From positions 136,648,001-136,712,000 of the forward strand of contig NC_042998.1 of assembly GCF_006345805.1 (NCBI RefSeq): DNA of 64,000 bases, read 5' to 3'. This document shows, piece after piece, positions 55,540-64,000 of the stretch; within the stretch, counting starts at the first letter, position 1; every line of letters begins with the position of its first letter. Under the pieces are notes generated by a model. It was given only the letters and a program-made list of their open reading frames with translations, searched no databases and was not told where the DNA came from. The position numbers and the translations under genes were made by a program. The DNA comes from Octopus sinensis (taxonomy: Eukaryota).

Positions 55540-55760
55540 GATGAAGGCAAATATGCGCAAAATTCAATCATACTGCATATGTAGAATCTACAGGAAAGAA
55601 TACAAAATAAGTATCAATCATCAAAAGGAATATAAGCGCAGACATGACTGTCTAGGCCAAAAAAGTGTGCATTGGGATGTTTGCAGAATGCTTAGCTTCA
55701 AAAACAGCAGAAAAGTGGTATGAACACGAACCAAATGCTGTGACAGAAAATTAGAATTAG
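55540..55760 (+). pseudogene. Short R4/Dong-like fragment (zinc-finger region)
   Basis: QKEYKRRHDCLG..VHWDVCR...EKWYEHEPNAVTEN. Confidence 0.7.
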
Positions 55761-55877
55761 AAAATATTCCCCATGAAGACTATAATCATATCTGGTCTTG
55801 CTTCAGTACTACCGAAGCAAGAAGACCGGATATGATTATAGAGGAAAAAAAATGCGGGGATTTGTCACTAAACATCA

Positions 55878-56312
55878 AGGAGTGGCTGTGGGGTAAGTAG
55901 CTTGTTTACCAACCACATGGTTCCGGGTTCAGTCCCACAACTTGGTACTTTGGGCAAGTGTCTTCTACTATAGCCTCGGGCCGACCAAAGCCTTGTGAGT
56001 GGATTTGGTAGACGGAAACTGAAAGAAGCCCGTCGTATGTATGTATGTATGTATGTATGTATGTATGTATGTATGTATGTATGTATGTATGTATGTGTGT
56101 GTATATGTTTGTGTGTCTGAGTTTGTTCCCCCAACATCGCTTGACAACCGATGCTGTTTACGTTCACGTAACTTTGCGGTTCGGCAAAATAGACCGATAG
56201 AATAAGTACTAGGCTTCCAAAGAATAAGTCCTGGGGTCGATTTGCTCGACTAAAAGGTGGTGCTCCAGCATGGCCGCAGTCAAATGACTGAAACAAGTAA
56301 AAAAGAAAAAAG
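55878..56312 (+). mobile_element. Full-length family-B SINE with internal (TATG)n
   Basis: Matches the reverse complement of 35350-35786. Confidence 0.88.
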
Positions 56313-56366
56313 AGAGAAATGCAATACCTGCTCACTAAATTAACATGAACTAGCATAATAATGATG

Positions 56367-56402
<36 letters not shown>

Positions 56403-56404
56403 TA

Positions 56405-56467
<63 letters not shown>

Positions 56468-56469
56468 TT

Positions 56470-56820
56470 AATCATTTCTACAATAGACACAAAGCCTGAA
56501 GTTTAAGGGAGGGGCTAGTCGATTACAACGACCCCAGGGTTTAACTGGTACTTATTTTACCGAATCCGAAAGTATGAAAACAAAGTTGACCTTGGCGGAA
56601 ACTGAAATAATAATCGTGTCTACTAAAGGTGCAAGGCCTGAAATATTGGGGAGGGCACTAGTCGATTGCATCGATACCACTGTTTTACTGGTGCTTATTT
56701 TATCGACTCCAAAAGGAATAAAAGGCAAAGTCGACCTCGGCGGAAGTTGAATTCAGAGCGCCAAGGCAGACGAAGTACCGCTAAGCATCTCACCCAGTGT
56801 ACTAACGATCCTACCAGCAA
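56470..56820 (-). mobile_element. Two stacked family-A SINEs after (AAT)n
   Basis: Central block and tail seen twice (56470-56610 and 56615-56820). Confidence 0.8.
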
Positions 56821-57029
56821 TAAAACAAAAATCTCACTTCCCTGATTCTGGCTTCCTTTTCCAACAGCCTATGACTGCTACTAATAAAATACACTCATAG
56901 TAAAACGTCCAACTAGCTGCTATTTGAGGTGTCTGAGTGTCTGGGTGACAGCTTGGACCAGGTCGTATAAAACAGAGCAATAACAGCGTAAACAACAACA
57001 GCAACATTAATTATGATGACGACGACGAC

Positions 57030-57062
<33 letters not shown>

Positions 57063-57087
57063 AATAATAATAATAATAATAATAATA

Positions 57088-57636
57088 GATGCAGTACCAG
57101 GCAGTGGCTCTCATGGCTTCTGATCTTAACTGATTGGAAGTGTTATCATGTACAGTGTTTTGTCTTGGTATAAAAGATGGGCTACAGCAAATATTCTGCT
57201 CAATACCACAGATTTGCTTGTCAGTTGTTTGACCTTAACCAGTTGAGCATGTCCCTTAGTGGCTGACGATATGTGCATCTCTGATCACGAGCAGAAGTAG
57301 TGGGGGAGCATCATAGCCATGTGCTGAGAGGGATTCTTTGGGGTTTGAATAGTTCACCTCTGGAAACATGGGTGGTTCTTTCAACATCCTTAAACAACCC
57401 TTATTCAGGGACCGTTTGAGCGGGATGGGCTACTCGACCTGAAGAAAATTCTAACTGGGCCCCACCTACAAGGTCATGTGCTGTTTATCTTGATATGAGA
57501 TCACCATGTCGCGCACATATGGTTGTGATGCATGTGCCTGGTGTACCTTTATCAGACGGGTAGTCATGATGGGTATATTGGGCTTCGTATATTTTACCCC
57601 AGTGTCACTTTGATGCCATGAACTGCTCTCTCACTC
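57088..57636. mobile_element. Unclassified ~550-bp non-coding interspersed element, copy 1
   Basis: Colinear with 62051-62604 in the same orientation; both copies are bounded by (AAT)n. Confidence 0.8.
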
Positions 57637-57677
<41 letters not shown>

Positions 57678-57689
57678 TAATAATAATAG

Positions 57690-59113
57690 AATCTGACAGA
57701 GTGCTAACTATAGAAATGAAAACGAAAACGAAAAAGGAGTACATCAGAAGGGTGAGAAAGTTAATGAAGTCAAAGCTAAATGGTCCGAATCTTGTGAAGG
57801 CTGTAAATTTCTTGGGCAGTATCATTATTTAGATACTCAGCAGCTTTTGTAGATTGGACAAAGCTAGAAAGAAGAACTAGGAAGGAATTCAGTATGAATG
57901 GAGGACTCCACCCATGGGTAGGAGTATTAAGATTATACTTACCTAGGAAGGAAGGCGGAAGAGGGTTAATATCAGCAGAAGACTGCGTAGAGTTAGCTGG
58001 AGTAGATATAGACTCCTATGTAGGTAATAGTGAAGAGGATTTATTGAAAGCTGCTACAGTCACAACAAGACACAGGGAAATTAAAAACCCGAACGAAGTT
58101 AAAAACCAGAAAAAAGAACAGAAAGTATTTGACTGACAGGAGATGTTGCATGGTAGATTCCCAAACATAGTTGCAGTAAATAGTAGTAGTAAAACATGGC
58201 TATGGTTGCAGAAAGCTGAAAAGGAAAGGAGAGACAGAACGTTTGTTAGTAGCTGCACAAGATGTTAGTAGCTGCACAAGATGTTAGTAGCTGTACATGA
58301 TCAAGCATTAAAGACTAATTGGATAAAAGCTATGATAGACAAAAAACAAGTAGATTCCCAATGTAGGTTATGCAAGTCAAAAGAGGAAAGCGTTACTCAC
58401 ATAGTAAGTGAATGTAACATGCTGGCTCAGAAAGAATACAAGAAAAGACTTGACAACCTAGGGAGAGTAATCCACTGGGAGTCATGTAGAAGGCTAGGAT
58501 TTGAACTTACTAATAAATTGTGTGAACAAGAACCTAGTAAGGTGCTTGAACGTAAGACATACAACATATTGTGGAACTTTAACATTCAAATTGACAGAGT
58601 AAGAGAAGCTAGAAGGGCTGATTTAGTAGTAGTAGATAAAGAGAATAAAAATTACCAGATACTTAACTTTACAGCCCCAAATGATGAGAAAATCAATATG
58701 GTTGGTATGGAAAAAATAGCAACGTACCAGGACCTAGCCATTGAATTACAGAGACTATGGAAAGTGCGGGCACAATGTATCCCAGTAGTTATAGGTGCAT
58801 TGAGAACTATCCCTAGAAGATCTAAACAGATAGATAAAGGAAATAGACATAAAACCCAGTTTAGTACAGCTCCAGAAAACAGTGTTATTAGCGATAGTTA
58901 GGATACTTAGAAGGGTTCTTGGGATCTAAGGTTACTTGTAACCCGATGTTAGGATTTTGCACAGCTGCATAACATACACTAAGAAAACTACTAGATACTG
59001 TCCATCTATAACATAGACTGCATTTAGGATAAGCACAAACACAGATACAAAGAGAAAACAAAACAGTCATATGGAGTTCTGTTTAATTGTGAACTGTGGG
59101 CTACTAGTATATA
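57690..59113 (+). mobile_element. 5'-truncated R4/Dong-like LINE flanked by (AAT)n on both sides
   Basis: RLYLPRKEGGRGLIS, LHGRF, QALKTNWIK, CRLCKSKEESVTHIVSEC, RRADLVVVD, IPVVIGAL, LRRVLGI*. Confidence 0.92.
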
Positions 59114-59116
59114 ATG

Positions 59117-59173
<57 letters not shown>

Positions 59174-59182
<9 letters not shown>

Positions 59183-59395
59183 TATTCAGACAAATACATA
59201 ACAAAAACACCAGGACTTACAAACACATATAACATACAGAAAATTGCACTACTAGGCACTGCACACATCCTACGCAGAACACTTTCCATACAATAACCAT
59301 CAGAGCATCACAACAAATCACAGAACATACCCAAGGTACACAGAGCTGCGCTCGGTAGTGAACTGAAAGCACGCTATAAAAATAAAACTACTGAA
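59174..59395 (+). mobile_element. Very short 3' copy of the Dong-like family at 63000, in (AAT)n
   Basis: KYSDKYITKTPGLTNTYNIQKIALLGTAHILRRTLSIQ*; one mismatch in ~140 bp versus 63860-64000. Confidence 0.9.
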
Positions 59396-60116
59396 TAATA
59401 ATAATAATAAAAATCCTTTCTTCTAAAGGCACTAAACTTGAAATTTTGGGAGGGGACTAGTCGATTACATTTACCCTAGTGTTTCACTGTTACTTAATTT
59501 ATCGACCCCGAAAGGATGAAAGGCAAAGTTTCAGGAGCGCTAAGTGATAAGATCTCAATAAACAACTGAGTTATGTGGCATAATTATGTGATATATTTTA
59601 ACTCCTAAAGGCAATTTTGCTGCAGTTAACCATGGAGAAAACATTCTTGCTTATAGTAAAATGTGCAAAAAACACCTTTATCAGCTTAGTGGCGCCCGCT
59701 CTCGGACTCCTAGATGCGTTTCTGGCTCTTTAGCCTTCTTCAATACGAGGCAACGAAGCGAGATAACTCTGGGCTGATAAAAAAGCCGTAGCATTATAAT
59801 GAAGCTGTCAGTACTAGTGATTGACATACGCTTGCAGACTGCGCAGTCAGGAAAAATACAGTAGTTGCAGCACTACGCAGTGATGAGAAATAAACAAACT
59901 TTAGGTTAGTTCAAATATGCTTGTGACATATTTTAGCTTCTGAAGGCAATTTCACAGTAGTTTACCGTGGAGAAAAAAATTCTCGTTCTGAGAGCACCAT
60001 TGAGTTGATAAAGGTGTTTTTCTTCCTGGTAAACTGTAGTGAAATAACCGTTAGAAGTTGAAATATATCACAAATATATGAACTAACATAAAGTTTGTCT
60101 AATGATGATGATGATA

Positions 60117-60148
<32 letters not shown>

Positions 60149-60152
60149 AATG

Positions 60153-60206
<54 letters not shown>

Positions 60207-60319
60207 TAAGAGACGCCACGACAATATCGCCAGGCTTGTCCATAGAACACTTTGCAGCGAGTATGGACTTGACAGAGCAAAAAATTGGTACGACCACAAA
60301 CCTGAACGCATCGTCGAAA

Positions 60320-60755
60320 ATAGAAATGCAAAGATCCTATGGGATTTTATGATCCAGTGCGACCATGAGATTGAGAATAGGAAGTCGGACATAGTCTTAA
60401 TTGAGAAAGAAAACAAACTATGCTGGATCATAGACATAGCATGCCCAGCTGACAACAAGGAAGAAAGAAAAGTCGAGAAATATGACAGGTTAGCTTGGGA
60501 AGTTAAGCAGCTGTGGTCGATGAAAAGGGTAGTAGTAATACCAATAATTGTCGGAGCCCTGGGAACAGTGAGCAAAAATCTCGAGAAGTACGTGGAACAA
60601 ATAGGGGCTACAATAAGGGTGGAGCTCTTGCAGAAAACAGCACTGCTTGGAACCGCTGGAATACTCCGGAAGGTGCTCGAAAAATAAGGTGTAACCTTAG
60701 TTCACTGGTAGTGAACAGCTGACACTGTAGTGCATCTCCAGCGTTAGAAGCTATG
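60320..60755 (+). mobile_element. R4/Dong-like RLE domain and 3' UTR
   Basis: ILWDFMIQCDHEIENRKSDIVLIEKENKLCWIIDIACPAD...KVEKYDRL...IPIIVGALG...LLQKTALLGTAGILRKVLE; followed by (CAA)n/(AAT)n. Confidence 0.9.
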
Positions 60756-60777
60756 CAAAGGCCACAACAACAACAGC

Positions 60778-60831
<54 letters not shown>

Positions 60832-61039
60832 AATGATAATAAGAGGACTCAGAGAGCACAAACTGCCGCGAAGGCAACACCAACGTCCTTTCAACGATTA
60901 GCCGGAGATGATTTTTAAAAGGAGAATATCTGAGATAAACTCGGCTGCTCTCACAAACGAAAATACTAAAAATGAACCCGACCGCTCTCAAAAATTAAGT
61001 AAAAATACGGAAAAATAATCCAGAATCCTTGTTCGGTAC

Positions 61040-61300
61040 CTGATTGATCCCAATGGTAGTCATGGAATGTGAAGGTGAGTGTGCAGGCCGTGTTTGTAAT
61101 GCTGTGTGTGTGTGATCTGCAGTGGGAGCAGGGACAGTTTTCTCTATGAAGGCCTTTCTTAGCCTATCCACTGATATAATATCTTTACGACCATTAAAGT
61201 CTATAGGGAAAAATTTATCCGTGCGTGAAAGAAACCGGAAAGGACCTGCATACGGTGCTGTTAACGGAGGTTTAACATCGTGGCGCACAAAAATGTGAGT
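61040..61300 (-). pseudogene. Gypsy integrase C-terminal (GPY/F) fragment
   Basis: VRHDVKPPLTAPYAGPFRFLSRTDKFFPIDFNGRKDIISVDRLRKAF. Confidence 0.8.
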
Positions 61301-61689
61301 CTAAGAAGTAAAGCTTCCTTCAAGGCAGATCTAGAAATGCAATTGTTAAGTGGCTAAGATGTTTTAAACAGCAGCGATATATTCAACATTGGTAAAACTA
61401 AAAATTGTCGACGATAAATTAAATTTATTATTGTTACTGAATATGTTAGTGTTTTTTTAAATTTCTGAACGGTTTTGTTGTTTATTTATGTAGTTTGATT
61501 TCTACATCCATTAGTTTCTACTAAGATAGAGACGCGAGTAAAATTAATACTAAAGAAACGAAAATAACACTTTGGAAATAGCAACGCCGTCATAACTTAC
61601 GTGAAAACCATGAAAGTGCTTTCAAGGGACATAATCAGAGAGAGACCTGAAATTCAACGTAAAATCGTAATACTTTATGTAAAGTAAAT

Positions 61690-61892
61690 ATAACAAATAA
61701 TCCAGAATCCTTGCCCTGTACCGAATCGACCCAAAAGCTAATCAGTTTGCGACAGCCACGACGCCAAACATCCCTGAAAGTTTTATCCGAATCCATCCAG
61801 TGGTTCTTGAAATATCTTGTCCACGGACAAAAAAAGCAAACAAACATGGCTGAAAACAATACTTCCGACTTCGCTAAGGCGGAGATAATAAT
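61690..61892 (+). mobile_element. Non-autonomous Helitron/Helentron-like element 3' part (tentative)
   Basis: AAAGTTTTATCCGAATCCATCCAGTGGTTCTTGAAATATC, a (CAAA)-type run, and terminal hairpin TTCCGACTT-CGCT-AAGGCGGAG at 61863-61884, as in Lep1/DINE-1-like elements. Confidence 0.5.
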
Positions 61893-61970
61893 AATAATGG
61901 TGTTAGGAAGACACTCGGTAAGAAATGGAAACAGAATTGAAAGATGATAATGAAAATAATAATAAAAATG

Positions 61971-62031
<61 letters not shown>

Positions 62032-62050
62032 CAACAACAACAATAATAAA

Positions 62051-62604
62051 TGCCCTGATGTAGTACCAGGCACTTGCTTTCATGCCTTCTCATCTTAACT
62101 GATTGGAAATGTTATCATGTACATTGTTTTGTCATGGTCTAAAAAATGAGCTACAACAAACATTCGGCTCAATACCACATATTTACTTGTCAGTTGTTTG
62201 ACCATAACCAGTTTAGCATGTACCTTAGTGGCTGACGATATGTGCATCTCTGATCACGAGCAGAAGTAGCGGGGAAGCATCATGGCCATGTGTTGAGAGG
62301 AGTTCTTTGGGGTTGGATAATTCACCTCTGGAAACATGGGTGTTTCGTTTATCATACTTAAACAACCCTTATCCACGGACCATTTGAGCGGAATGGGCTA
62401 CTCGACCTGACGAAAATTCTAACTGGGCCCCACCTGCAAGGTAATGCGCTGTTAATCTTGATATAAGATCACCATATCGTGCACATGTAGTTGTGATTCA
62501 TGTGCCTGGTTTACCCCTATCAGACGGGTAGGCATGATAAGTATACTGGGCTTCATATATTCTACCCCAGTGTCACTTTGATGGAATGCACTACTCTCTT
62601 ACTC
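62051..62604. mobile_element. Unclassified ~550-bp element, copy 2
   Basis: Colinear with 57088-57636. Confidence 0.8.
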
Positions 62605-62643
62605 TATAATAATATAATAATAATAATATAATAATAATATAAC

Positions 62644-62686
<43 letters not shown>

Positions 62687-62712
62687 TAATAATAATAATA
62701 ATAATAATAATT

Positions 62713-62912
62713 TATACTGAAGGCACAAAGCTTGAAATTTGGGGAAACGGGACTATTCGATTACATTGACCTCAGTGTTTTATTGGTATTTAATTTATCG
62801 ACCCCGAAAGGGTGAAAAGCAAAGTCGACTTAGGCGGAATTTGAACTCAGAACATAGATACGGGCGAAATACCGCTAAGTATTTCGCCCAGCGTGCTAAC
62901 GATTCTGCCAAC
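62713..62912 (-). mobile_element. Family-A SINE within (AAT)n/(GAT)n
   Basis: Same family, orientation and flank type as 53100. Confidence 0.87.
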
Positions 62913-62947
62913 TGATGATGATGATGATGGTGGTGATGATGATGATG

Positions 62948-62999
<52 letters not shown>

Positions 63000-64000
63000 T
63001 ATCTACTTCAGAAGGAAGGAAAACTGATACAAATAGCGGCAAAACACGAGCAAAACAAAAAACTGTTCTCAGTATTTAAGGAAGCTGACAAATACAAACA
63101 AGAAATCATACCACCTAACAAATATAAAGAAGAAGAAGAAGAAGATGAAGAAACAACAAAAGCTATAAAACAAATGAAATCCAAACTAAAACTAGAACAG
63201 CAACGAACCATGATAAAACGATGGCAAGAAAAACCCCTCCACGGTAAATACTGGACTAAACTAAATGCAAAAGAAAAATCCCAGCAATGGTTGAGAAGCT
63301 GAGGACTCAAAGCAGAGACAGAGGGATTTTTAATTGCAGCACAAGACCAAAGCCTCCCCACATGAAATTACCAAAAACATGTAATGAAAAGAAATATAAC
63401 AAGTAACTGCAGAATATGTGGAGATGGACAAGAAACAATAAATCATATTATCTCTGGCTGCCCAGTCCTGGCTAAGAAGGAATATATTCACAGACATGAC
63501 AGAGTTGGAACCTACATACACTGGAAGCTATGCCAACATTATGGAATAACAACAGAAAAAAGATGGTATAGGCACACACCAGAAAAGGTCACAGAAAACG
63601 AGAAAGCAACCATACTCTGGGATATGCCGATACACACAGATAGAGAAATTAAGGCCAACAGACCAGATATAGTTGTCAGAGATCATGAAAGAAAAAAATG
63701 CTTTCTAATTGATGTATCAATACCGGCAGATGACAACGTGTCTCTAAAAGAAATGGAGAAACTTTCAAAATACAAAGACCTGGGAATGGAGGTAACCAGA
63801 ATGTGGAATCTAAAAACAGAAACAATTCCTATCATAGTAGGTGCATTAGGCATGATAAAAAATATTCAGACAAATACATAACAAAAACACCAGGACTTAC
63901 AAACACATATAACATACAGAAAATTGCACTACTAGGCAATGCACACATCCTACGCAGAACACTTTCCATACAATAACCATCAGAGCATCACAACAAATCA
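63000..64000 (+). mobile_element. Young 5'-truncated R4/Dong-like LINE (CCHC plus RLE)
   Basis: KPLHGKY, GLKAETEGFLIAAQDQSL, CRICGDGQETINHIISGC, RHDRV, ILWDMPIHTDREIKANRPDIVV, LIDVSIP, KLSKYKDL, IPIIVGALG; starts right after (AAT)n. Confidence 0.94.

Noticed and set aside
55535-55570. CTGATGAAGGC...GCGCAAAA hammerhead-like string; also CTGA(A/C)GA strings in the 550-bp element and at 6239, 43697 and 54054
   Set aside because: No properly placed stem II plus GAAA; the 55535 case lies in LINE coding sequence.

Overview
AT-rich, microsatellite-dense eukaryotic DNA, almost entirely transposon-derived. The tRNA-derived SINE families suggest an octopus or other coleoid cephalopod; this is inference from recalled SINE sequences, not a database result. 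I cannot support any intact host gene, rRNA, true tRNA gene or CRISPR array, and most ORF-track entries are translated microsatellites. Main contents: (1) a nearly full-length Tx1-like LINE (CCHC ORF1; APE-RT-zinc-finger ORF2) sitting inside a (TATC)n/(GATA)n tract at 28.5-33.6 kb; (2) a strand-polarised nest at 51-64 kb of R4/Dong-like RLE LINE fragments, SINEs and an unclassified ~550-bp element, most of them bounded by (AAT)n; (3) Penelope-like (GIY-YIG) pieces and hammerhead ribozyme motifs, one apparently intact at 39529-39589 (minus); (4) a 220-bp terminal-inverted-repeat element enclosing a tRNA-like Pol III cassette at 25749-25968; (5) mariner, CR1-like, Gypsy and Helitron-like fragments and many modular or tandem SINEs. 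Coordinates were counted by eye; repeat boundaries are approximate.
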